Part shown: piece after piece, positions 39,491 to 48,487 of the stretch
Layout: every line of letters starts with the position of its first letter
Numbering within the stretch: position 1 is the first letter of the stretch
Assembly: GCA_048937405.1 (NCBI GenBank)
Contig: JBHLNF010000009.1
Location: forward strand, 139,096 to 203,095
DNA length: 64,000 nucleotides
Direction: 5' to 3'
From: Promethearchaeota archaeon
GTDB lineage: Archaea > Asgardarchaeota > Lokiarchaeia > Sigyniarchaeales > SOKP01
Made by a program: the position numbers and the translations under genes
Notes under the pieces: model-generated
Seen by the model: the letters and a program-made list of their open reading frames with translations, nothing else
Told to the model about the DNA's origin: nothing
Databases searched by the model: none

Positions 39491-40276
39491 ATGGCACAGA
39501 AAGCAATTCCTGAAGTTGATAGAGAATGGTCTAAAATCTCTTTCAAATGGAGAAGATTGTTACCGATAAAAAAAGACAGACCACCCTCACCAATAAGGTT
39601 TGAGGCTGATGAAGAAGTTCTTGAGGAACTTGTAGATCGATCCAATAAGATCATAGATGAATTAATTAAAAAATCAAAAATGAATGCTTCTGGTCACGCA
39701 AAACTAATAACAACAGATAAAATTGTAATAGATCCACGCGTACGGTGGAAGTGTCAGATTCCCATCTGTTTTGGTTTCGGAACGAGTATTAACTGTCCTC
39801 CACATTCTCCAACAACAGAGCAAATGAGAGAAATTATTAGTTGCTATAAACATGCAATTTTAGTTACATTTTATCCCCCAAAAAAGAACCATGTATTCCC
39901 TAGTATTCTTCTAGGGGTTCAAGGAGATGTTAACCTATTAAATCAGATGGTCGGAATGATAGAAGGGGAGGCAACATATATGGGATATTATCTCGCTATG
40001 GGATTTAAAGGAGGTCCTTGCGTTGGTTGTGGATTTTTTTCACCTGAATATTTTAAAGATATAATGCAACAAAAAAAAATACCAACATGTCCTACACTAA
40101 ACGGTGAAATGTGTCGACAATATTTAAGAGCTCGACCAGCCTTAGAGGCATGTGGAGTGGATAGTTTTGCTACAGCGGTAAAGTGTGGTGAAAAGGCACC
40201 ATATGTAATCAATCCGGAACATCCAGATGAGTCAATTCCATTTGTTGTTTGGCATGGCATTATTTTTGTAGTATAA
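39491..40276 (+). CDS. DUF2284 family Cys-rich metal-binding protein
   Basis: IVIDPRVRWKC..C..NCPPHSP, GYYLA..GGPCVGC, ARPALEACGVD. Confidence 0.82.
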   Translation: MAQKAIPEVDREWSKISFKWRRLLPIKKDRPPSPIRFEADEEVLEELVDRSNKIIDELIKKSKMNASGHAKLITTDKIVIDPRVRWKCQIPICFGFGTSINCPPHSPTTEQMREIISCYKHAILVTFYPPKKNHVFPSILLGVQGDVNLLNQMVGMIEGEATYMGYYLAMGFKGGPCVGCGFFSPEYFKDIMQQKKIPTCPTLNGEMCRQYLRARPALEACGVDSFATAVKCGEKAPYVINPEHPDESIPFVVWHGIIFVV

Positions 40277-40316
40277 TAACATTAATTAGTAAGAAAGTAA
40301 GGAGGAAATAAGAATT

Positions 40317-40985
40317 ATGGAAAATGCAATTACAATTGAAGAAAAAAAAAAATCTAAAGATAATTTCCTTTATATCGATAGGATTGTTGAAGCTGTTACT
40401 TCACTTGACTTTTTTTCAATGAAAGAAACGATAAAGCAAGCAATAGATGCTGATGTTCCAATAATCGAAATTGTTAAAAATGGTATCTTAAAAGCATTGG
40501 ATGAATCAGGTGAGATGGGGCTAATTTTAGCAGCTGAAGCTCTAGAGGGCGAAGTTCAAAGTGTTGAAGAGGAAGATAGGCTAGACTTGTCGGAGAGTAG
40601 GAACTACAATGGAAAAGTTGTTGTAGGAACAATTGAAGGTGATATTCATAATTTGGGTAAAAGTATACTGATTGCTTTAATGAAATCTTATGGTATGGAT
40701 ATTATTGACCTTGGAATAGATGTAACGCCTGACAAATTTGCAGAAGCAGCTCGACAACCAGATGTAAAGGTTGTTGGTATTTCCTTCCTGCTTTCTTCAG
40801 CAGAACCTGCTATAAGGAGAGCTATGACAGTATTAAAAAATGGAGAGTTTTCATCAAAAATAAAGGTGATTTTGGGAGGTGCTGCAGTATCACCTGAAAT
40901 CGCCGAAGAGACAAAAGCAGATGCATATGCTACCGATGCTTTACAAGGTGTTAATATTATTGATAATTGGTTAAGGAAAGAATAA
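40317..40985 (+). CDS. corrinoid (B12-binding) protein, MtaC/MttC-like
   Basis: GTIEGDIHNLGK (DxHxxG), DLGIDV, VGIS, ILGGA. Confidence 0.9.
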   Translation: MENAITIEEKKKSKDNFLYIDRIVEAVTSLDFFSMKETIKQAIDADVPIIEIVKNGILKALDESGEMGLILAAEALEGEVQSVEEEDRLDLSESRNYNGKVVVGTIEGDIHNLGKSILIALMKSYGMDIIDLGIDVTPDKFAEAARQPDVKVVGISFLLSSAEPAIRRAMTVLKNGEFSSKIKVILGGAAVSPEIAEETKADAYATDALQGVNIIDNWLRKE

Positions 40986-41086
40986 TTCCTTAATACCCCA
41001 TCAAACTTTTTTTTATTTTAACGAATTTATTAATGAAGTAAAATTCTGTTTTACTAAGAGAATTAATCGATATATGATGTTTTTAT

Positions 41087-43096
41087 ATGACTAATGCGAG
41101 AATTACACTTATATTAGAACCAATATCTAAACGAACAAATGTTAAAGAAGGTTCTACAGTATATGAATCACTTTTAGCGTTGAATTTCCCCATGAGTGCT
41201 TTATGCGCAGGTAAGGGAACATGTGGAAAATGTCTAATTCGTGTTCTAGATCCTAATCCAAAAATTTCTAACCCTACAGAACAAGAGAAAAAAATATTAG
41301 GTAGTCAAAAATTATCAGAAGGATTTAGGTTAGCATGCCAAACAAAAATTCTTGGAGATTTAAGAGTCTTTTTAACCGATTCATTAATTTCGAGAGAAAC
41401 AAGAATTATGGTTGATGCTGGTTTAGAGGCTCTTGGAATAAAAGAGAAAGATAAAATCCAACCAGCAATTGCTTCTCAAGTACTTATGATAACCCCAGCA
41501 GATTTAACAAATCCTAGAAATGATTTATCTGGTTTAATTGAAAGTATTATTAAAAATAATAGTACTTATAGTATAAAGGAAGATCAGCCAACATTTCACG
41601 TAAATGATATCTTACATTCTATTACTCAAAAATTACCACATATTATGAGAAAAGATAATGGTGAGGTTACATCCCACTTTAGAAAGTTTTCGATGGAAGA
41701 TACATGGACTCTCTATGATATTGACGCTGGAGATAAAAGTAAAGAAATTTTTGGACTAGCAGTCGATATTGGAACTACTACTATTGTTGGATATTTAATT
41801 TATTTAAAAACAGGAGAAATTGTTGCTATTTCTGCAATGTTAAATCCTCAAGTAGCTATCGGTGAAGACGTAGTATCACGAATTACATATATTGTGAAAA
41901 ATGATGCAATTCAAAAGGCTAAAGACTTGGTTATTAGTGCCATCAATCAAATTATTGAGGATTGTTGTAATAAAGCGAATATTAATGTATCATGTGTAAA
42001 AGATATTTCGATTGTAGGAAATACAGGAATGCATCATATTTTTTTTGGAGTTTCACCAGAATTTTTAGCAACTTCACCTTTTCCTCCAGTATTTAAAGCC
42101 CCAATTAATGTAACTGCTAATAAACTAGGAATAAGATGCAATCCAAATGTAAATGTATATTCTCCACCTGTTATAGCCGGTTATGTAGGAACGGATACAA
42201 TTGGCTGTATAATCTCATCAAAAATTTACTCATATGATAAATACACTCTCTTAATTGATATTGGAACTAATGGGGAACTTGTTATAGGAAATAACAAAGG
42301 ATTAATCACAGGTTCTTGTGCTGCAGGTTCAGCACTCGAAGGTGCGCATATTTTACATGGAATACGAGGTTCCGAGGGTGCAATTGAATCAGTGACTATA
42401 GATCGAGATACTTTAGAACCCTCAATTGGTGTAATAGGAAATATTATCCCCCTTGGAATATGTGGTTCAGGACTAATTGATTCAATAGCCGAAATGCTAA
42501 AATCAAATATCATCACAAGAGCAGGGAAATTTAATAATAAATCAGATAAAATAATAAATCATCGTCGTGTCGTAAAAAAAGAAGATGGATATCATTATAT
42601 CTTATATAAAGAAGAGTGGGATATTGAACAATTTCAAATAAATAGTAGTGATACCAATATAAAAGAAATATCAATCTGTCAGAAAGATATTAACCAGGTT
42701 CAATTAGCAAAAGGTGCCTTTTTAAGTGCAGCTAATTTATTACTTGAGATGGAAGGTAAAAGCAATGAATCTCTAGATCAGATTATTCTGGCAGGAGGTT
42801 TTGGAACATATATCAATAAAGAGAATGCTGCTTTTATAGGACTATTTCCTGAAGTTGATAAAAGCAAAATATTCCAGATTGGAAATGCCGCTGGAATTGG
42901 TGCACAAATGTTTATAAAAGATATTGAGCAGAGAAATATTGCAAATAGGATTGCTCATGAAGTAAAATATAGAGAAATTGCATCATCACCATTATTTCAA
43001 AAGGAATATACTTTCTCTCTTTACTTTCCTCATTATAATCTAGACAAATTCCCCTTATTAAAACCAGAATATGACAAAATACCTTTAAAACAGTAA
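41087..43096 (+). CDS. reductive activator of corrinoid proteins (RACo, ASKHA ATPase with 2Fe-2S domain)
   Basis: CAGKGTCGKC..RLACQ, VDIGTTT, DIGTNGE, GICGSG, LAGGFG, GNAAG. Confidence 0.92.
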   Translation: MTNARITLILEPISKRTNVKEGSTVYESLLALNFPMSALCAGKGTCGKCLIRVLDPNPKISNPTEQEKKILGSQKLSEGFRLACQTKILGDLRVFLTDSLISRETRIMVDAGLEALGIKEKDKIQPAIASQVLMITPADLTNPRNDLSGLIESIIKNNSTYSIKEDQPTFHVNDILHSITQKLPHIMRKDNGEVTSHFRKFSMEDTWTLYDIDAGDKSKEIFGLAVDIGTTTIVGYLIYLKTGEIVAISAMLNPQVAIGEDVVSRITYIVKNDAIQKAKDLVISAINQIIEDCCNKANINVSCVKDISIVGNTGMHHIFFGVSPEFLATSPFPPVFKAPINVTANKLGIRCNPNVNVYSPPVIAGYVGTDTIGCIISSKIYSYDKYTLLIDIGTNGELVIGNNKGLITGSCAAGSALEGAHILHGIRGSEGAIESVTIDRDTLEPSIGVIGNIIPLGICGSGLIDSIAEMLKSNIITRAGKFNNKSDKIINHRRVVKKEDGYHYILYKEEWDIEQFQINSSDTNIKEISICQKDINQVQLAKGAFLSAANLLLEMEGKSNESLDQIILAGGFGTYINKENAAFIGLFPEVDKSKIFQIGNAAGIGAQMFIKDIEQRNIANRIAHEVKYREIASSPLFQKEYTFSLYFPHYNLDKFPLLKPEYDKIPLKQ

Positions 43097-43175
43097 TATT
43101 AAAAAAGAATAAGATTTATTTTTACGTTAGGAATTATAAATTTACAGGAGTAAAATATTTTTTAAGAATTATAAA

Positions 43176-44981
43176 ATGAAAATTGCTAAGGGTAAGATTT
43201 CAGAGAAAAAATCGGGCAATCCCAAATATTCTACCTATTGGGTTTATATACCAAATAAAATAGTTAAAGATAGTTCTTTTCCTTTCAGAGATAAAGAAGA
43301 AGTAATGATAGAATTAAAAGGTGAAAGCTTAGAAATTCGAAAGGTATATAATCTAAGTGATCTCACAAAAATGTATGATATTGAGGCTGCTACTATAGCA
43401 AATCTCGTAGAAAGTAAAGCACTCGTTAATAAAGACAGACCATTTCTATATTTTAAAGATAAAGTTTTTACATATGACGATGTTAATACAATTTCTAATC
43501 AAATAGCTAATGGACTTATAACACAAATTAAAAAATTAAAACTAAAGAATCCTAATATTTCTATGCTATTTCCAAATTGTCCAGAAGCACTCCTTTGTTG
43601 GTTCGGTGTTGCAAAAACTGGTATTAAGTTTGTACCATTAAGTTACTTATTTAGAGGAGATTTGTTAGAATATGTGTTGAAAAATAGTAATTCTGAAATA
43701 TTAATTATAGATTATAAATATTTTAAAAATATTGAAGAAATCTATAAAAAATTGCAAAAAATACGCAAAATATATATTTTCAATGCACCAAATGATTTTA
43801 AATACGTAGGGAAATATGCAAATTTTTCAGAAATCTTATCTGACAATTCAAATAGTCCTAATATCCATATTTATAGTTATGATCCTCTTGAAATAATGTA
43901 TACATCAGGAACTACAGGAAAACCTAAAGGGGTAATTTATAGAAATTATTTTGCTCTCTCAGGAATCAGTATTGGAAATCAATTAGAACATTTAGGATTT
44001 GGTAGTGACTCCAACAAATTTTACTGTCCTTTACCATTATTTCAAGGATTAGAAAGGTATTTCTTGATAATTCCAATAATGTACTACAATGGTTCAATTA
44101 TTATAGCTGAAAATTTCAATCGTTCAACATTTTGGAATGATGTCGAAAAGTACAAACCTGATGGTTTTTGCTATTATGCTGCACATTTGATAAGCTTAGT
44201 AAATCAGCCACCCTCGAAAAATGATAGAAATCATTCAATTAAATATGCCATAGGTGCTGGAGCTTTACAAGAAATATGGGAACCTTTTGAGAGGAGATTT
44301 GGGATTCAAATAATTGAAATGTGGGGTTTAGTTGAAGGTATTGGTTTTACAATTAATATTGTTGGATCTAAAGGTGGTAAAGTAGGTTCTGTTGGAAAAC
44401 CTGCTCGAGGTGTTGAAATTAAAATTGTTGATTTAGAAGAAAATGAACTGCCTCCCGGACGAGATAATGTTGGTGAAATTTGTGCTAGAACTAAACTTCC
44501 ATTTGAACTTGAATATTATAACTTACAAGAGGAGACTGTTACAAGAATAGGAGAAGATAGATGGGTTTTCACAGGTGATTTCGGATATATTGATCTTCAA
44601 GGTTTCTTATACTATTTGGGAAGGAGATCTGATATGATTCTCAGAGAAAATGAGATGTTTTTTGCAGTAAACATCGAAATAGTTGCAAATTCACATCCAG
44701 TAATAGTTGAAAGTGCTGTTTTTGAGGTTCCTGATAAAGACTCCTCAGAAAAAAACATAAAAATATGTGCGGTTATTCAAAAAGGAGCTTCAATAACTCA
44801 TAAGGAGTTTTACAAGTTTTTACAGCAAAATTTGGCTTATTTTATGGTTCCAAGATACATAGAATTTAAAGAAGAATTACCAAAAAATGCAAATGAACTA
44901 ATTCAAAAATTTATTCTAATAAATGAATGGGTTTCAGGTAAATCAGTAAAAAACACTTATGATATGATGAGCACCAATTAA
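43176..44981 (+). CDS. AMP-dependent acyl-CoA ligase (CaiC-like) with N-terminal AbrB-like domain
   Basis: YTSGTTGKPKG, WGLVE, FTGD; N-terminal 'YWVYIPNKIVKDSSFPFRDKEEVMIEL..LEIRK'. Confidence 0.8.
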   Translation: MKIAKGKISEKKSGNPKYSTYWVYIPNKIVKDSSFPFRDKEEVMIELKGESLEIRKVYNLSDLTKMYDIEAATIANLVESKALVNKDRPFLYFKDKVFTYDDVNTISNQIANGLITQIKKLKLKNPNISMLFPNCPEALLCWFGVAKTGIKFVPLSYLFRGDLLEYVLKNSNSEILIIDYKYFKNIEEIYKKLQKIRKIYIFNAPNDFKYVGKYANFSEILSDNSNSPNIHIYSYDPLEIMYTSGTTGKPKGVIYRNYFALSGISIGNQLEHLGFGSDSNKFYCPLPLFQGLERYFLIIPIMYYNGSIIIAENFNRSTFWNDVEKYKPDGFCYYAAHLISLVNQPPSKNDRNHSIKYAIGAGALQEIWEPFERRFGIQIIEMWGLVEGIGFTINIVGSKGGKVGSVGKPARGVEIKIVDLEENELPPGRDNVGEICARTKLPFELEYYNLQEETVTRIGEDRWVFTGDFGYIDLQGFLYYLGRRSDMILRENEMFFAVNIEIVANSHPVIVESAVFEVPDKDSSEKNIKICAVIQKGASITHKEFYKFLQQNLAYFMVPRYIEFKEELPKNANELIQKFILINEWVSGKSVKNTYDMMSTN

Positions 44982-45018
44982 AATGGATTAAAAGTTTATC
45001 AGTTATTTAGGGTCTGAT

Positions 45019-45492
45019 ATGGTTAAAATAAAGAAAGAATTATTATCTCCATGTGGCTTATATTGTGGAGTTTGTGCGGTTTATCTAGCACATATTTCAA
45101 ACGATAATGATTTTAAAAGAAAATTATTTCCTACTTTTAAGAAATGGGGTGCTAAAACCATTGAAGATATTGCTTGCACTGGATGTCTATCTGATGATAT
45201 CATATTTCCGTTCTGTCAAACGTGTTCTATAAAAAATTGCATAAAAGATAAGAATATAGAAAGCTGCAGTCAATGTAATGGATTTCCTTGTGATATTATA
45301 AAAAATTGGCCCAGTCCAGAAGGCAAGCAGATCATGATGAGAGAAATACCTATTTGGCGAGAGATTGGAACAGAAAAATGGATTGAAAAGATTGAAAATA
45401 GAAATATGTGCCCAGAGTGTGGTGCTATTAATTATCGCGGAGTTAAACAATGTTTCAAATGTCAAGCGTCCATTAATTTTACAGAAATATGA
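45019..45492 (+). CDS. DUF3795 Cys-rich protein
   Basis: SPCGLYCGVC, CTGC, CSIKNC, SCSQCNGFPC. Confidence 0.8.
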   Translation: MVKIKKELLSPCGLYCGVCAVYLAHISNDNDFKRKLFPTFKKWGAKTIEDIACTGCLSDDIIFPFCQTCSIKNCIKDKNIESCSQCNGFPCDIIKNWPSPEGKQIMMREIPIWREIGTEKWIEKIENRNMCPECGAINYRGVKQCFKCQASINFTEI

Positions 45493-45557
45493 AAAAATCT
45501 TAAAAAAAAATTGATAAAAAATTCTAAACTAAACAGAAAAAGTTATCACCATTAGTT

Positions 45558-46040
45558 ATGCTAAATAAAATAAAATTCCAACCTATATCTGAATTTAATC
45601 CTGGAACTATTTGTAATATATTAAATCAAAGTTATGTTGGTTCTCCATACGAAAATGAAAAACATATATGGGCAGATTTCGATAATGAATCATATAATAA
45701 TCCACAAACTGTTGGCAGGTGTGTTTTTATAAGTATAATGAGTAACAAAATTATTGGTTTAACTTCATATGATCCAAGACAGAAACCATTAGGGATAATT
45801 GGTCATAACTGCATCTTACCAAAATACCGAAGAAACGGTTATGGTAAAGAGCAAATATTAGAAATAATACGAATATTAAAAATGAAAGGTTTTATTGAAT
45901 TAAAAGTTACTACTGATGAGCATCCTTTCTTTATTCCTGCTCAGAAAATGTATTTATCTTGTGGATTTAAAGAAGTCAGTAGACGACAAAATAATGAACT
46001 ATCTGAATATAAATATATTGAATATAGACAGGAAATATAG
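45558..46040 (+). CDS. GNAT family N-acetyltransferase
   Basis: ILPKYRRNGYG motif A; AQKMYLSCGF. Confidence 0.88.
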   Translation: MLNKIKFQPISEFNPGTICNILNQSYVGSPYENEKHIWADFDNESYNNPQTVGRCVFISIMSNKIIGLTSYDPRQKPLGIIGHNCILPKYRRNGYGKEQILEIIRILKMKGFIELKVTTDEHPFFIPAQKMYLSCGFKEVSRRQNNELSEYKYIEYRQEI

Positions 46041-46145
46041 TACTATGAAAAAGTTCTCTAATCATTTATCGTGGAACCAAACACTGTTATAAAAGTCAAG
46101 GTCCTACAATTAATTTTATAACAAAATTTCAAGGTGTTATTTATA

Positions 46146-46313
46146 TTGAAATGTATATTCTGTGGTAAGGAAGCTAAAATTCGAGGATCTATGGGAGATT
46201 TCTGCATGGAATGTTATAAAGAAAGATTTCAGGAAAACTATATATTAACTGAGGGACCAAGTTTTGATGATTCGGGATTAAAATTTATGGCAAAAAAAAG
46301 AAAATCTTCTTAA
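46146..46313 (+). CDS. 55-aa zinc-finger microprotein (not in ORF track)
   Basis: TTG start after AGGTG; MKCIFCGK...DFCMECY with two CxxC. Confidence 0.6.
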   Translation: MKCIFCGKEAKIRGSMGDFCMECYKERFQENYILTEGPSFDDSGLKFMAKKRKSS

Positions 46314-46481
46314 ATAAGTTAGAATTGCATAAAACCTAATGTAGTCTGTATAGATTAGGAGGTATCGAAATCGCACTATAAATAAAAAGTAATTTAAACG
46401 ACAATATATTAGCAAAATATAGTAATTTGAAAATCACTAGAATTGTTTTAGTGATAATTATTTTTATTAGGAGGAAATATT

Positions 46482-47003
46482 ATGAAAGAAATACCTGATT
46501 ATGAAAAGTATCCAGTTAGCGAGGAAGAAATGGGAAAGCGTTATAAGAATTGGACTAAAGCCTTGGCTCGGATGGCAGTGTTGCTTTATACAGTAGGTAA
46601 GGAAGTCGGAGGCGAAAAATTCGTCGAAAGACTTAAGGAAGAAAATCGAGAAAGGGGTAAGAGAGATGCGGCAACAATAATGAAAATAGTAGGTTGCAAA
46701 CCAGAGGATTTCAAGGATTGCATGAAGATTCCCAAGATGGTTGATTTCATAGATGATAGATATGCGAATTTCTGGGATGGGTATGTTGAGAACACACCTA
46801 AAGCTTTTGAAAAAGAACTCTTTACGTGTCCAGTTACGGAACCATGGTCGATGGCCCCTGAACTTTGCGAAGTATTAATTGGTGAATCTCTTAGAAGCTT
46901 TGCTAAAGCGCTAAACCCGAAGTTTAAAACGGAAGGGTTCACAAAATTACTTACCAAAGGTGATAAATGCTGTCGATACAGGATTGAGTTGGAGGAAGAT
47001 TAA
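46482..47003 (+). CDS. L-2-amino-thiazoline-4-carboxylic acid hydrolase / V4R-like family protein
   Basis: TCPV..W..ELC..ALNP..LTKGDKCC pattern; AGGAGG RBS. Confidence 0.75.
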   Translation: MKEIPDYEKYPVSEEEMGKRYKNWTKALARMAVLLYTVGKEVGGEKFVERLKEENRERGKRDAATIMKIVGCKPEDFKDCMKIPKMVDFIDDRYANFWDGYVENTPKAFEKELFTCPVTEPWSMAPELCEVLIGESLRSFAKALNPKFKTEGFTKLLTKGDKCCRYRIELEED

Positions 47004-47172
47004 ATTTTTAGCAAGAATGCTTATATTTGTTATTCAGAAATAAGTATGAAAAAGATGATTTACTTAGATTGAAACTTTACTTCTAATTTTGGAAATTTTT
47101 ATGAATTTCCAAAAAATATTAATTTTTTTTATAAATAAACAGGTAAAAGAAAGTATTACTTTCAATTTATTA

Positions 47173-48057
47173 TTATGATTTGATCTTATTGCTATTAGCA
47201 CTTATTGCGTCTACTATCTGTCCTAAGACTTCACGAGGAAGGCTATGACCCATTCCATCTATAATTAATAGTTCTGCGCCAAGTATTGTCGATGCAATTT
47301 CTTTCCCTGCTTCAACAGAGTTAAATGGATCTTCCTTACCATGAATAACTAAGGTTGGTGCTTTAATTGCGGAGATTTTCGGTTGAATATTACCAGGCAC
47401 TGACATTGCTGCCAATTGGCGAGCTATTCCTTCAGGGTAATAACTTCTGTCATATTCACTTGTTCTATATTCCTTTCCTTCGATTTCGTCATAATTATAA
47501 TTACCGTAAATTAAACTATCGCGTTTTACCATTTCTTCTATATATGCTTCTCGCTCAGAAGGAACAGGTGCAAAAAATTGAGCCATGATCTCTGGTTTTG
47601 CTTGAGGTAAAGAAGGATTACCTGTGGTACTCATAATCACAGTTAATGACAACACTCGAGTTGGATGTCTATAAGCTATAATTTGTGCAATCATACCCCC
47701 CATGGAAGCACCGCAAATGTGTGCTTTATCAATATTCAAAGCAGTTAATAATCCAACAGCATCATCAGCCATATCTTCTAAAGTATATGGGATATTTGGT
47801 ATTTCTCCACGATTATAAGCAGCAGCAATCTCCATCATGTCTGGGATACCTGCATTATCAAATTTTGTTGATAGACCAACATCTCGATTGTCATATTTAA
47901 TGATAAAAAAGCCTTTATCTACAAATTTTTTACATATATCATCTGACCAAGCTATTAACTGACTACCCAAACCCGCAATCAATAAAATTGGCTTTGACTG
48001 TGGATTACCTAGAGTTTCATATTCAATCTCTATCTGGTTTACATTTGCTTTTGGCAT
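47173..48057 (-). CDS. alpha/beta hydrolase
   Basis: DNRDVGLS, GASMGG, HGKED, GMGH. Confidence 0.9.
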   Translation of the reverse strand: MPKANVNQIEIEYETLGNPQSKPILLIAGLGSQLIAWSDDICKKFVDKGFFIIKYDNRDVGLSTKFDNAGIPDMMEIAAAYNRGEIPNIPYTLEDMADDAVGLLTALNIDKAHICGASMGGMIAQIIAYRHPTRVLSLTVIMSTTGNPSLPQAKPEIMAQFFAPVPSEREAYIEEMVKRDSLIYGNYNYDEIEGKEYRTSEYDRSYYPEGIARQLAAMSVPGNIQPKISAIKAPTLVIHGKEDPFNSVEAGKEIASTILGAELLIIDGMGHSLPREVLGQIVDAISANSNKIKS

Positions 48058-48487
48058 TAAAACTCTTTCTTTATTTTAAAATATTCATAATTTATATATT
48101 TCTAATAATAGAAAATTGAAATAATATTATTTTGCCTTTTTTTTTAAAAACAAATAATTTTAAAAGTTATCAATTTTCCTCTTTAAATTCTTTTTAAAAA
48201 AAAAAATAAAAATCTGACTACTCTATTTTCTTTGAGAACTTAAAAATTCAGAAATAAAAGATCTATTAGAATAAGGTAGTGATCAATACTTTAAAACGAA
48301 AAAGAAAGTATGAAAAGAGCTTGGGAGTTAATGTAAAAAATTTGATATATAACTTATTATATTGCTCCACATATACATTTTCACCTATTTGGAGGAAAAT
48401 GAAAATTTAAGTCTACAAAAAAAAAGAAAGGAAAAAGAAATACTGAAAATAGAAACTATTCAGTTTCTTTTAAAGTTTCACCTAAAA

